Source: an uncultured Gammaproteobacteria bacterium (GTDB lineage Bacteria > Pseudomonadota > Gammaproteobacteria > Steroidobacterales > Steroidobacteraceae). From it: DNA of 64,000 nt. Shown piece by piece: positions 32,301 to 42,603 of the stretch. The position numbers and the translations under genes were made by a program. Positions within the stretch are counted from its first letter, which is position 1, and each line of letters opens with the position of its first letter. The notes under the pieces are model-generated. The model was not told the origin of the DNA and did not search any database. It saw only the letters and a program-made list of their open reading frames with translations. The stretch is from assembly GCA_963791825.1 (NCBI GenBank), contig CAWBUE010000001.1, positions 276,007-340,006 on the forward strand, given 5' to 3'.

Positions 32301-35300
32301 GGTGACGCGCGTGGCGCGCGAGGTCGGCACCGAGGGCCGGCTCGGCGGTCAAGCGCAGGTGCCGGGGGTTGCTGGAACCTGGAAGGATCTCACCGATACC
32401 GTCAATGTCATGGCGGCCAACTTGACCGAACAGGTCCGCGGCATCGTGAAGGTGGTGACCGCGGTCGCGAACGGCGATTTGAAGCAAAACCTCACCGTGG
32501 CATCGAAGGGCGAGGTCGCGGCACTGGCGGAGACGATCAACAACATGACGGAGACGCTTGCGACGTTCGCCGATCAGGTGACGACCGTGGCGCGCGAAGT
32601 CGGCGTCGAGGGCCGCCTCGGCGGACAGGCCAATGTGCCGGGCGCGGCGGGGACCTGGAAGGACTTGACGGGCAACGTGAACTTGCTGGCCGCAAACCTC
32701 ACGACGCAGGTGCGCTCGATCGCGGAAGTCGCCACCGCGGTCACCAAGGGGGACTTGACCCGCTCGGTGCAGGTGGAGGCGCGCGGCGAGGTCGCCGAGC
32801 TCAAGGACAACATTAACACGATGATCGGGAATCTGCGCCTGACGACCGACCGCAACACGGAACAAGACTGGCTCAAGACGAATCTGGCGCGATTCACCAA
32901 CATGCTGCAGGGGCAACGAGACCTCGCGACCGTGGGCCGGATGATGCTTTCGGAGCTTGCGCCGCTGGTGGAGGCGCAGCACGGAGTCATTTACCAGGTC
33001 GAAACCGACGGCACATCGCCGGGACTGAAACTGTTGGCCGCCTATGCCGGCGATTCGGTGGACGGCTATGCCGAAAGATTGCAGCTCGGCGAAGGGCTCA
33101 TCGGCCAAAGCGCGCGCGACGCTCGCCGCATGTTCATCACGGATATCCCCAGCAACGTGATGCCGGTCCGCTCGGGACTGTTCAGGGCGCCTCCGCGCCA
33201 CATCATCGTGTTGCCGGTGTTGTTCGAGGGCCAGGTCAAGGCGGTCATCGAACTCGCATCGCTCGGCGCCTTCACGGCATTGCAGCTCTCGTTCCTCGAT
33301 CAGTTGACGATGTCCATCGGCATCGTGCTGAATTCCATCGAGGCGACCATGCAAACCGAAGGGTTGCTCAAGCAGTCGCAACAGCTCGCCACCGAGCTGC
33401 AGACCCAGCAGCGCGAATTGCAGCAGACCAACGAGAAACTGGAACAGAAAGCCCAGCAGCTCGCCGACCGCAACGTCGAGGTGGAGGCGAAGAACCAGGA
33501 AATCGAGCAGGCGCGGCGGGCTGTCGAGGAGAAGGCCACGGAACTCGCGCTCACGTCGAAATACAAGTCGGAATTCCTCGCCAATATGTCGCATGAGCTG
33601 CGCACGCCACTCAACAGCATTCTGATCTTGGGGCAACAGCTGACCGAAAATCCGGACGGCAACTTGACCGGCAAGCAGGTGGAGTTCGCGCGCACGATTC
33701 ATGGGGCCGGCACGGATTTGCTCAATCTCATCAGCGATATCCTGGACTTGTCCAAGATCGAATCTGGCACGGTGTCGGTGGACGCCGAAGAGGTTTATTT
33801 CAGCAACTTGCTGGAAATGATCGCGCGGCCCTTCCGCCACGAGGCGGAGAACCGGCGCTTGCAATTCGACGTGGTCATCTCGCCGAACCTTGATCGCAGC
33901 ATCGTCACCGATTCGAAGCGCTTGCAGCAAGTGTTGAAGAACCTGCTGTCCAACGCATTCAAATTCACGGCGGAAGGCGGCGTGAAACTGGCGGTAGCGC
34001 CGGCGGCGAGCGGCTGGAATGCCGATCACCCGATCCTGCGCCACGCGCCGACGGTCGTCTCGTTCGAGGTATCCGACACCGGCATCGGCATCCCGCCGGA
34101 GAAGCAGCGCATCATATTCGAAGCCTTTCAACAGGCCGACGCGGGGACCAGCCGCAAGTACGGCGGCACGGGCTTGGGCCTTGCCATCAGCCGCGAACTC
34201 GCCAACCTGCTCGGCGGAGAGATCCAGCTGCGCAGCGTCCCCGGCAAGGGCAGCGTATTCACGCTGTTTCTGCCGCTCACGTATTTGGGCGGCGCCACCT
34301 CGAAGTCGCCGCCGCCGAACGCCGGCGGCATGCCATACAATGCCGCGGCACAGGCGGCGGCCCTGCGTGCGCCGGACCGGCAGAACGAGCAAGTCCTCGA
34401 TGACCGCGATACGATCGCCGAAGGCGACAGCATCGTGCTCATCGTGGAAGACGATGCCCACTATGCGCGCATCATGATGGGGGCGGCCAAAGAGCAGGGA
34501 TTCAAGGTGCTGGTCGCGCAGCGCGGAGCGGATGCGCTGGCGCTTGCACGCGAGCATCTGCCGACGGCCATCTCGCTCGATATCTTCTTGCCGGATATGC
34601 TCGGCTGGACGGTGTTGAGTCAACTCAAGCAGGATCCCGCGACACGGCATATTCCCGTGCAAATCGTGACGTTGGACGAAGACCGCAACCATGGGCTTGC
34701 GCGCGGCGCGTTTGCCTACGTGCAAAAACCGACGACTCCCCAAGGGCTGGAAGGCGCGTTCGCACGGATCAAGGACTACGCCGCCCCACGCCGCAAGCGC
34801 CTGCTTCTGGTCGAGGATGATGAGGCGGAACGCAAGGGCGTGTCGGAGCTGCTCAGCCACTCGGACATCGAAATCACTGCCGCGGAAACCGGCGAGGACG
34901 CAATGGCGCAGCTGCGTGAGACGCCGGCCGACTGCGTGGTGCTGGACTTGAAATTGCCCGATATGTCGGGTTTCGAAGTATTGGAGAGAATTCGCGATGA
35001 CGCGGGGCTCTGCGACGTGCCCGTGGTGGTATTCACGGGCCGCGAACTGTCGGCGGACGAAGATGCGAAGCTGCGCACCATGGCCCGCAGCGTGGTCGTC
35101 AAGGGGGTCGAATCGCCGGAGCGATTGCTGGACGAGACTTCGCTGTTCCTGCACCGGGTCGTTTCGGAGCTTCCGCCGGCGAAACAACGCATGCTGCAGC
35201 GCCTGCACAGTTCAGATGAAGATTTGATGAAGCGCACCGTGCTGCTGGTGGACGACGATACGCGCAATATCTTCGCGCTCAGCAGCGTGCTCGAGCGGCG

Positions 35301-35598
35301 CGGCATGGAGGTGTTGACCGCTACGACCGGCAGCGAGGCGCTCGCGGTGCTCAACACACGGGAAGACGTGGCGATCGTGTTGATGGACATCATGATGCCG
35401 GGAATGGACGGCTACGAGACCATCCAAGCCATACGGACGAGAGCCGAATATCGGCGTCTGCCGATTCTGGCGCTGACCGCCAAGGCGATGAAGGGCGACC
35501 GTGAGAAGTGCCTCGAAGCGGGGGCGTCGGACTATTTGGCGAAACCGGTGAATATCGAGCAGCTACTCTCGGCGTTGCGCATGTGGCTGCACCGCTAG
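29302..35598 (+). CDS. soluble poly-HAMP / GAF hybrid sensor histidine kinase with three C-terminal receiver domains (2098 aa)
   Basis: No TM segment. About 23 HAMP-like modules, then a GAF-like region ([11 protein letters not shown]), a coiled coil, the H-box SHELRTPLN (His codon 33592..33594), HATPase ([11 protein letters not shown]), then three REC domains (the last is VLLVDDD...[11 protein letters not shown]...LTAKAM). Confidence 0.95.
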   Translation: MESNVSVARRKKNNGHAVAPNGNAELNLNQLLDVLRAMQDGDFSVRLPGSQVGVAGKICDAFNTIVAANERIAQQLEHVGEVVGRQGKTRTRVRFGLAEGAWADMEGSVNALIDDLLWPTTAVTRTVTAVARGDLLQTVPLDVDGRALKGEFLRSANIVNTMIKQLSVFTSEVTRVAREVGTDGKLGGQAQVREVTGVWKDLTESVNSMASNLTAQVRNIAEVTIAVANGDLSKKITVDVRGEILQLKEAINTMVDQLRSFASEVTRVAREVGTEGKLGGQALVPGVAGTWKDLTDSVNAMCGNLTAQVRNIAQVTTAVARGDLSHKITVDVSGEILELKQTMNTMVDQLNAFAGEVTRVAREVGTEGRLGGQAQVPGVAGTWKDLTDNVNSMASNLTAQVRNIAEVSTAIANGNLAKKITVTVSGEILQLKETINTMVDQLNAFASEVTRVAREVGTEGRLGGQANVRGVAGTWKDLTENVNSMASNLTGQVRNIAEVTTAVANGDLSKKITVDVKGEILELKDTINTMVDQLNAFAGEVTRVAREVGTEGKLGGQAQLKGVAGTWKDLTDSVNSMASNLTGQVRNIAEVATAVAQGDLSKKITVTVSGEILLLKETLNTMVDQLRSFAGEVTRVAREVGTEGRLGGQAQVPEVAGTWKDLTDSVNSMAGNLTAQVRNIAEVSTAIANGDLSRKITVDVRGEILQLKETLNTMVDQLNRFASEVTRVAREVGTEGKLGGQANVPGVAGTWKDLTENVNSMASNLTGQVRNIAEVTTAVARGDLSRKITVDVKGEILELKNTINTMVDQLNGFAGEVTRVAREVGTEGKLGGQAQVPGVAGTWKDLTDNVNSMAGNLTAQVRNIAEVATAIATGDLSRKITVDVRGEILLLKETLNTMVDQLRSFAGEVTRVAREVGTDGRLGGQAVVPGVAGTWKDLTDNVNLLAANLTTQVRNIAEVTTAVARGDLSRKITVDVKGEILELKNTINTMVDQLNGFAGEVTRVAREVGTEGRLGGQAQVPGVAGTWKDLTDTVNVMAANLTEQVRGIVKVVTAVANGDLKQNLTVASKGEVAALAETINNMTETLATFADQVTTVAREVGVEGRLGGQANVPGAAGTWKDLTGNVNLLAANLTTQVRSIAEVATAVTKGDLTRSVQVEARGEVAELKDNINTMIGNLRLTTDRNTEQDWLKTNLARFTNMLQGQRDLATVGRMMLSELAPLVEAQHGVIYQVETDGTSPGLKLLAAYAGDSVDGYAERLQLGEGLIGQSARDARRMFITDIPSNVMPVRSGLFRAPPRHIIVLPVLFEGQVKAVIELASLGAFTALQLSFLDQLTMSIGIVLNSIEATMQTEGLLKQSQQLATELQTQQRELQQTNEKLEQKAQQLADRNVEVEAKNQEIEQARRAVEEKATELALTSKYKSEFLANMSHELRTPLNSILILGQQLTENPDGNLTGKQVEFARTIHGAGTDLLNLISDILDLSKIESGTVSVDAEEVYFSNLLEMIARPFRHEAENRRLQFDVVISPNLDRSIVTDSKRLQQVLKNLLSNAFKFTAEGGVKLAVAPAASGWNADHPILRHAPTVVSFEVSDTGIGIPPEKQRIIFEAFQQADAGTSRKYGGTGLGLAISRELANLLGGEIQLRSVPGKGSVFTLFLPLTYLGGATSKSPPPNAGGMPYNAAAQAAALRAPDRQNEQVLDDRDTIAEGDSIVLIVEDDAHYARIMMGAAKEQGFKVLVAQRGADALALAREHLPTAISLDIFLPDMLGWTVLSQLKQDPATRHIPVQIVTLDEDRNHGLARGAFAYVQKPTTPQGLEGAFARIKDYAAPRRKRLLLVEDDEAERKGVSELLSHSDIEITAAETGEDAMAQLRETPADCVVLDLKLPDMSGFEVLERIRDDAGLCDVPVVVFTGRELSADEDAKLRTMARSVVVKGVESPERLLDETSLFLHRVVSELPPAKQRMLQRLHSSDEDLMKRTVLLVDDDTRNIFALSSVLERRGMEVLTATTGSEALAVLNTREDVAIVLMDIMMPGMDGYETIQAIRTRAEYRRLPILALTAKAMKGDREKCLEAGASDYLAKPVNIEQLLSALRMWLHR
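29743..32778 (+). repeat. 11 tandem in-frame 276-bp (92-codon, di-HAMP) repeats
   Basis: The [10 protein letters not shown] core recurs at 29815 + n x 276 for n = 0..10 with no length variation. Half-units extend the array to about 29605 and 32850. Confidence 0.95.
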
Positions 35599-35611
35599 GC
35601 CGCCGAACCGG

Positions 35612-37304
35612 ATGGACGCGCTCGAACGAGTGAACATTCTGCTGGTCGATGACCAGCAGGCCAAATTGCTGAGCCACGAAGCGATTCTGGCGGAGATCGG
35701 CGAGAATCTTCTGAAAGCGTCCTCGGCGCAGCAAGCCTTCGATTTTTTGCTGAAGAACGAAATCGCCCTGGTTCTCATCGACGTCTGCATGCCGGATCTC
35801 GATGGTTTCGAGCTTGCCGGGATGATTCGCGAACATCCCCGCTTTCAGACCACGGCCATCATATTCGTCTCGGCGGTCATGATGACCTACCCGGATCAGC
35901 TGCGAGGCTATCAGCTCGGCGGCGTGGACTATGTGCCGGTGCCCGTGGTACCCGAATTGCTCCGGGCCAAGGTCAAGGTATTCGTGGACTTGTACCGCAA
36001 GACCCGGCAATTGGAGCGCTTCAATGCGGAGCTCGAGCAGCGGGTGGCAGAACGCACTTCGGATCTGCAGCGGTTCAATGAGCAGTTGGAACTTCGGATC
36101 AAGGAGCGCACCCGCGAGCGTGAAACCGCGCTGGCGCAGCTTTTCGAAGCGCAAAAGATGGATACCATCGGGCAGTTGACGGGCGGGGTGGCCCATGACT
36201 TCAACAACCTGTTGATGGCGGTCCTCGGGAGCCTCAGCCTGCTCGAGAAGCGGCTGCCCGAAGATCCGCGCAGCCATCGGCTGCTGCAGAACGCCGTTCA
36301 GGGAGCCCAAAGAGGCGCCGCTCTCACGCAGCGTCTGCTCGCCTTTTCGCGCCGTCAAGAACTCAAGCCGGAACCCGTCAATGTGCCGCAACTGGTGAGC
36401 GGGATGAGAGAGTTGCTGGAGCGCGCGGTCGGGCACGGCGTCGAGCTGCGGACGCAATACCAAGACGACTTGCCGCCTGCGTTGGTGGATGCGAATCAGC
36501 TGGAACTGGCACTGCTCAACGTGGCGCTGAATGCGCGCGATGCAATGCCGGCCGGCGGCATCCTCACGATATCGGGGACGCATGAGACGCAAACTGCCGC
36601 CGCCCTGGATGCAAATCTGCCGACCGGCGACTACGTGCGAATCGCGGTTTCCGACAACGGCGTCGGGATGGATCAGGCGACGGTTGCGAAGGCGACCGAA
36701 CCGTTCTTCACCACCAAAGGGCCCGGGCAAGGGAACCGGCCTCGGTTTGTCGATGGTGCATGGACTTGCCGCACAGTCCGGAGGGCTGCTGCGAATCAAG
36801 AGCGAGCCGCGCGTCGGCACGACGCTCGAGTTGTGGTTGCCGATGGCGAAAGTCGCGGCCGCAACGGAGCGCAGCGAAGTTCTGCCTCTTAACACGACGC
36901 CGCACATCGGCGGATGCCGCGTAATGATTGTCGATGATGACTTGTTGGTGATGACGGGCACCTCGGCGATGATCGAGGATCTGGGGCATATCCCGATCGA
37001 GGCGCATTCGGGCGCCGAGGCGCTGGCAAAGCTCGCCTCGGGCATCGAGGTCGACGTCGTCATCACTGATCACGCCATGCCGTCGATGACCGGTTTGGAT
37101 CTCGCCAAATGCATCCAAGAAAAGTATTCGGGGCTTCCCGTCATCCTCGCCACCGGTTATGCGGAACTCCCCGTGGACCCCTCGTCGCTCGGAATACTCC
37201 GGTTGGCCAAGCCATGCAATCAGTACGAGATTTCGACGGCCATCCAGACGGCCTTGGGATCGGTCGAGCAGGTCCGGCGACGGCGCGTTGGATGCGCCGA
37301 CTGA
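35612..37304 (+). pseudogene. REC - coiled coil - histidine kinase - REC protein, interrupted by a 1-nt frameshift in the G2 box
   Basis: ORF 35612..36892 has REC and the H-box GGVAHDFNNLL, and runs up to EPFFTTKGPG. ORF 36531..37304 continues KGTGLGLSMVHG... and a C-terminal REC. Removing one base from AAAGGG at 36716..36721 gives 563 aa. The gene starts 13 nt after the giant kinase stop. Confidence 0.85.
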
Positions 37305-37326
37305 AGCGACGGCGCGATGTGAGCCG

Positions 37327-38103
37327 TTGAGAACCGTTACCGCGAGCCGCTACGTGACTCCCTTGCGCGAGGGCGGGTCGCTGCCCGCCATCGTAGAAGC
37401 CGACGACGACGGCTTGTACGTGCTCAAATTCAGGGGAGCAGGGCAGGGCTCCAAGGCCCTGATCGCGGAGCTTCTCGCCGGCGAGATCGGACGGGCGGCC
37501 GGCCTGCCGGTGCCCGAAATCGTCTTTGCAGAACTTCCCGCCGAGTTGGCACGCACCGAGCCCGATGCTGAGATACGCAGCCTGATCGGTGCAAGCGCCG
37601 GGTTGAACATCGCTCTGGACTACCTGCCGGGGTCGGTGACTTTCGATCCGCTGGCGTTCGTCCCCGACGCGGAACTGGCTTCCGCCATCGTTTGGTTCGA
37701 TGCCTTCGTGTGCAACGTGGATCGGACGGTCCGCAACGTCAACATGCTCATCTGGCACGGTCGACTCTGGCTCATCGACCACGGAGCATCCTTGTACTTT
37801 CATCACGCTTGGGATGGCGAGGATCAGCACGCGACGAGCCCTTTTGCACTGATCAAGGATCACGTATTGCTGAGGGGCGCGAGCGCCCTTGCGGAGGTCG
37901 GCGCGCGGATGACCTCGCTGCTCACGCAGGATAAATTAGCGAGCATCGTCGAATTGATTCCCGAGTCCTGGCTGCCGGACGACCCGGGGTTTACGGGCAA
38001 AATCGCGCAGCGAGAGGCCTACCTGAAGTTTTTCATCCTGCGGATGCGCTCGTCCGAAATCTTTGTACAGGAGGCGATTCGTGCACGACTTTCGCACCTA
38101 TGA
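37327..38103 (+). CDS. HipA-like serine/threonine kinase-fold protein (stand-alone catalytic core)
   Basis: YVTPLREGGSLPAIVEADDDGLYVLKFRGAGQGSKALIAE (Gly-rich loop), catalytic-loop-like CNVDRTVRNVNML and WLIDHGAS. Start placed at the TTG at 37327 because upstream in-frame codons overlap the preceding gene. Confidence 0.7.
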   Translation: MRTVTASRYVTPLREGGSLPAIVEADDDGLYVLKFRGAGQGSKALIAELLAGEIGRAAGLPVPEIVFAELPAELARTEPDAEIRSLIGASAGLNIALDYLPGSVTFDPLAFVPDAELASAIVWFDAFVCNVDRTVRNVNMLIWHGRLWLIDHGASLYFHHAWDGEDQHATSPFALIKDHVLLRGASALAEVGARMTSLLTQDKLASIVELIPESWLPDDPGFTGKIAQREAYLKFFILRMRSSEIFVQEAIRARLSHL

Positions 38104-38467
38104 TTATGCGATCGTGCGAGTCGTCCCGCGCGTGGAGCGCGGCGAGTTCGTCAATGCCGGAATCATCCTGTCGTGCGACATCGAGCGAATTCTGGAGGCC
38201 AGGATCGAGCTCGATGAGACGGCGTTGCTGGCGCTCGATCCGGAAGCGGACCTCGAACTCGTGCGCAATACCCTGGCGACCATTCCGGCGATCTGCACGG
38301 GTGGCGTCGAAGCCGGGGATATCGGCAAACTGTCGGCGCGGGAACGGTTTCACTGGCTGGTTGCACCGAGAAGCACGATCGTGCAGACCTCGCCGGTGCA
38401 CACCGGCCAATGCCGTGACCTAGAGTTGGTGCTCGATCATCTGATGCAGAAGATGGTTCGACGGTGA
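38081..38467 (+). CDS. DUF3037-family protein
   Basis: YDYAIVRVVPRVERGEFVNAGIIL...RFHWLVAPRSTIVQTSPVH resembles DUF3037. The GTG at 38081 has AGGAGG (38069..38074) 6 nt upstream and overlaps the kinase 3' end by 23 nt. Confidence 0.7.
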   Translation: MHDFRTYDYAIVRVVPRVERGEFVNAGIILSCDIERILEARIELDETALLALDPEADLELVRNTLATIPAICTGGVEAGDIGKLSARERFHWLVAPRSTIVQTSPVHTGQCRDLELVLDHLMQKMVRR

Positions 38468-38628
38468 CGACACCCGCCGCTTTTGTGCTTGCGCATAGGC
38501 GAATGCCTACGCAAAATGTCGTCAGCGTCCCCTGTCGTGGGCGGCCCGCATGGCGTGACGATAACGCCCCATCAATCGGAGAGAGCCACTCATGAAGTCG
38601 TATTTACCGAATTTTCAGTCTCGCCCCG

Positions 38629-39171
38629 ATGTTGATGCTGCTTGCCGGCGTGGCACACGCCGATAAATATACCGAGACGGTCAATTTCTTCAAAAACGCG
38701 GGCGAGAGTGCCCCCTTTTTCCACAACTCGTATGGCTATGCGGTGTTCCCCACGGTGGTCGAGGGTGGGCTTGGCGTCGGCGGAGCCTATGGCAAGGGTC
38801 GAGTCTACGTGCACGGACGTCACGTTGGGAACGCCACCATGGGCCAGCTGAGCGTCGGATTCCAAGCGGGCGGGAAAGCCTATAGCGAGATCATCTTCTT
38901 CGAGGACAAGCGAGCTCTGGACGAATTCGAATCGGGAACGTTCGAGTTCAGCGCCCAAGCCAGCGCAACCGCGGTTACCGCCGGTGCATCTGCGATCGCG
39001 AGTACGGGCGGTGTATCCGCGGGAGCCAGCGCGGGTCCGAAGGACGCGAGCGTGGTCGGCTCCTATAACAAAGGCGTGGCGGTTTTCAGCATCGCCAAGG
39101 GCGGCCTCATGTATGCGGCCAACATCGCCGGCCAGAAGTTCACATACCATCCGCGCGGATCGCATGATTAG
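38629..39171 (+). CDS. SYLF (Ysc84/DUF500) lipid-binding domain protein, exported
   Basis: GYAVFPTVVEGGLGVGGAYGKGRVY...LSVGFQAGGKAYSEIIFF...KGGLMYAANIAGQKF. The true start is probably the ATG at 38592 in another frame (see findings). Confidence 0.8.
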   Translation: MLMLLAGVAHADKYTETVNFFKNAGESAPFFHNSYGYAVFPTVVEGGLGVGGAYGKGRVYVHGRHVGNATMGQLSVGFQAGGKAYSEIIFFEDKRALDEFESGTFEFSAQASATAVTAGASAIASTGGVSAGASAGPKDASVVGSYNKGVAVFSIAKGGLMYAANIAGQKFTYHPRGSHD

Positions 39172-39305
39172 GAGGTCGTCCGCCGCCTGCATCCAAGATC
39201 CCGCTAGCTTTCAAGTGATTCCTGTTCTAATCCAATAGGATACGACACATTACGTATGTAATTTACGACGCGCGTTCCACGGCGTGCGTTGCGCTACGAT
39301 GCACC

Positions 39306-41226
39306 ATGCATCCGGCGCTTGTACTGGTTCTACTTGCGCTGTTGTTCGCGGGAGGAGTCACCCGCGCGGCGGAGGTGGGGACCACATCGCCGGCTCCCCC
39401 GGCAGCGGAGAAGGCCCCGGCTGCCGGCTCTCCGAACGCGCGGGTATCGGTGCTGACCGCGGACCAAGTCGTTCAAATCCTCGACGAGACGGTCGACTGG
39501 TACCGAACGCTCGGAACTCAGCAGCAAAACGCCACTCAGCCGAGTGATCTGTTGATTCTCTTTGCAAATCGCCAGAATGCCGACAAAGTCGTCAGTCTCG
39601 CGTTCGATATCGCGCGAGCCAACGCGGAACTTCTCAGCAGCGAGGCCAGCGCCGTCTCGCCCGTCGATGGCTCATCCCCGCAGTCGCTTACGCAGCATCA
39701 AAGTCAATTGGACTCTCAACGCCAATCGCTTCAGCGGGAGATCGATGCGGTCCGGCAAAAGCTCGCCGGCGCCGGGAAAAACCACGCCCAGCTGGAGGCG
39801 CAGCTTGAGGAGCTGCAGGGCGAAGTCGCGATGATCAATGCCAGAAAAAACCTTCTCGATACGATGACGGAGTTTGTCAGCACGAGCGATCCCAAGGCGG
39901 CCGGCGCAAGTGCGCTCAAGGCGCGAATCGACGCGATCGCGGCAACGATACCCAGCTCGAACACCGGCGCCCTCACCTCGGCGCCGGCCGAGTCCAGCGG
40001 CCGTCCCGGGGTCGACGGCCGTACCCTCGGCCAGCACCGATGTCGGCAGGACACGTGTCGGCATCTGGGATCTCGGCGCCAACGTGCTTCGGCAAAGGAA
40101 CAAGATCGCCACCATCGATGCGATCGACCGGCGCACCGCCGTCCTTGCGCAAACCTTTCAAAAGCTGAGCGCGCCTCCCCTCCAACAATTGAAAGCGCTC
40201 ATTGCCCGCAGCGATGCGCTCGCGGCCCAAGCGGACACCGCCGGCAGCAGCGCGTTGAAAGATTTGCGCAACGAATTCGACCGGTTGGCGTGGCTGTTCA
40301 AGCAAACCTCCGACATTCTCGTGCCGCTCACCAAGGAGGAGGTGCTGCTGCAGCAGTACCGGCGGAACCTGCAAAACTGGCGAGACTCCGCTAAGCGGCA
40401 ATATCATGAAGCCTCGACGGCGCTCGCGGTGCGACTCGGCATCGTCGCGGGCATCTTGGCAGTCGTGTTCGCGCTCGGCGAGGTCTGGCGGCGCGCAGTG
40501 CTCCGCTACGTGCATGACTCGCGCCGCCGATACCAGTTCCTGCTGGTCAGAACCATTGTCTTGTGGGTCAGCGTCAGCGCCGTCATCGGCTTGAGCTTCG
40601 TTACTCAAATCAGCAGTTTTGCCACGTTTGCGGGGTTGCTCACCGCCGGCCTGGCGGTTGCCATGCAAAGCGTCCTGGTCTCGGTCGTCGGATATTTTTT
40701 CCTCATCGGGAAGTACGGTATCCGAGTCGGTGACCGCATTCAGATCGGCACGGTCGTCGGCGAGGTGATCGACTTAGGATTGGTGCGAATGCATCTCATG
40801 GAACTCAATCAACAGGGACCCTTGGGGCCGACGGGCAGGGTTGTCGCCTTCGCCAACCTGATCGTCTTCCAAGCCGCGGGCGGTTTGTTCAAACAAATTC
40901 CGGGGGTGAATCTTACCTGGCACGAGATCACGCTGGTGCTGCCGGATGTCGGCGATTACGCCGCATTGAAGGAAAGATTGTTGGGCGCGGTAAATGCCGT
41001 CTTGGGCGAACACCGCGAGGAGATCACGCGCCAGACCAAAGAGATCGAAAGAACCACTGCATCGGTTTCGGTGAACGACATCAATCCGCGAGTGCAAATG
41101 CATTTATCCAACGGGCACATGGAAGCGCTGATTACGTACCCCGTGCACCTGCAGCATGCCGCGGAAATCGATGAGCGCGTGGCGCAGGCGGTGCTGAAGG
41201 TATTAGCGGAAAACAACCGGCGCTAG
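39306..41226 (+). pseudogene. MscS-family mechanosensitive channel with a long periplasmic coiled-coil N-domain, frameshifted
   Basis: ORF 39306..40394 gives the signal peptide and coiled coil, then degenerates after ...TSAPAES. ORF 39874..41226 (+1) carries the TM helices and the MscS beta domain (IRVGDRIQIGTVVGEVIDLGLVRMHLMEL...VVAFANLIVF). The break lies within about 39960..40050. Confidence 0.8.
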
Positions 41227-42603
41227 GGCGGGGACGCGGGCTGCGCTTCGACCAAGAACAGCGCGAGTCCGGCGGCCAACGCCGCGGATGCGGCGCCGAT
41301 CAACGCAGCGCCGCGAAATCCGGCCATGAAGGCGTCCATGGATTCTTGCCGCGCGAACACGAATCCCAACAACGCTGTCGCGATCAGCCCCGCGACGCGG
41401 GCCATGGCATTATTGAATCCCGAGGCCAAGCCGACCCGGTCCGGATCGACGGATGTCATGACAGCCGTCGTCAAAGGGGCGACGCAAGCGCCCATTCCAA
41501 CGGCGACCAGCAGAGTCGGCGGAAAAATATCTTTCCAATAACCCATGCCGTGCGCATCGATTCTCCCATAGAGCGCAAGTCCGACGGCAACGGCGCCGGA
41601 GCCCCAAGCCAGCGGCAGGCGTGGCCCATGGCGCGATGCAACCCGCCCCATCAACCGCGACACCAGCCCGATCAAGAGCGGGACCGGCAGCAGCGCCGCG
41701 CCCGCCGCGACCGCGAACCAGTTTTCGATCTTGATCAAGAAGAAGGGCAGCAAGACGATCAGGCCTCCAAGGCTCCCGTAGAGAAACAGCGTCAGTAGCG
41801 TGAGCCCGACGAAAGTAGGCGCGGTAAACAACGCGAAGGGCATGAGTGCCCGGTCGCCGAGTTTGCCCTCATGCCGGAGAAACGCCCCGAGCAGAACGAG
41901 GCCGGCGAGCGTCGCCGACCAGACCCAGGCGCGTGGTGCCGCGGATTCGGACGCCATGGCCAATGCCCAGGTCAGCAACCCCAGTGCCGTCGTCGCTAGA
42001 GCGGCGCCGGCAACATCGAGAGGGGCCGGACGCACGGCCTGGCGCTCCTCGACGTACTTCCACGCCAGATATCCCGCGCCCGCTGCGATCGGCACATTGA
42101 TCAGAAAAATGACTGCGCCATCCGACCATATCGACGATCCAGCCGCCGGCAACCGGGCCCAACGCTCCGGCCAGAGCGCCCGCGGCTGCCCAGGTACCGA
42201 TAGCGCGGCCGCGAGCCTCGCCGGTGAATCCGCCGCCGAGAATGGCAAGGCTGTTCGGCATCAGAAGCGCCGCTCCAAATCCTTGCAGAGCGCGCGCCGC
42301 CAGAAGCCATGGAAACGATGGCGCCGCCGCGCATACCACTGAAGCCAGGGTGAAGGTCGACAGTCCTATTTGAAACAGGCGGCGCCGCCCGAAATGATCG
42401 CCGAGCGCTCCACCCAGCAAAATCAATGCGCCGAGCGGCAGCAGATACGCATTGATCGCCCAGGACAAGTTCGCGGGATCGACCTGAAGATCATGCGCGA
42501 GTGCAGGCAATGCAACATTGACGACCGATCCGTCGATGAACGCCAGGCTCGATCCAAGAATGGTGGCGGCCAACGTCGCGCGCGGATTCATGCGCGGCAG
42601 CAT
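41223..42603 (-). pseudogene. MFS transporter (DHA2/EmrB-like, 14-TM type), frameshifted
   Basis: ORF 41869..42603 is good up to GGWIVDMVGWR (motif A-like GALGDHFGRRRLF). ORF 41223..42248 continues (A)VIFLINVPIAAG... The break is at about 42112..42118 (tggcgcagtc on the coding strand). Confidence 0.85.

Noticed and set aside
29743-32778. Regular tandem repeats that could be mistaken for a CRISPR array or satellite.
   Set aside because: The period is 276 nt with no repeat-spacer alternation. The whole array is one open reading frame encoding HAMP modules, and no cas genes are present.
29388-35208. Long antisense ORFs opposite the giant kinase gene (for example 29388..30335, 30345..31013 and 32203..35208, the last 1001 aa).
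   Set aside because: They mirror the sense-strand repeat periodicity, are Ser/Thr/Arg/Pro-rich low-complexity translations of a high-GC coding strand, and lack independent start contexts. The sense frame has unambiguous HAMP, kinase and REC motifs.
38489-38514. Hairpin TTGCGCATAGGC-gaat-GCCTACGCAA after the DUF3037 gene as a rho-independent terminator.
   Set aside because: The stem has a 2-nt bulge and is followed by AAAATG rather than a U-tract on the transcribed strand, so support is weak.
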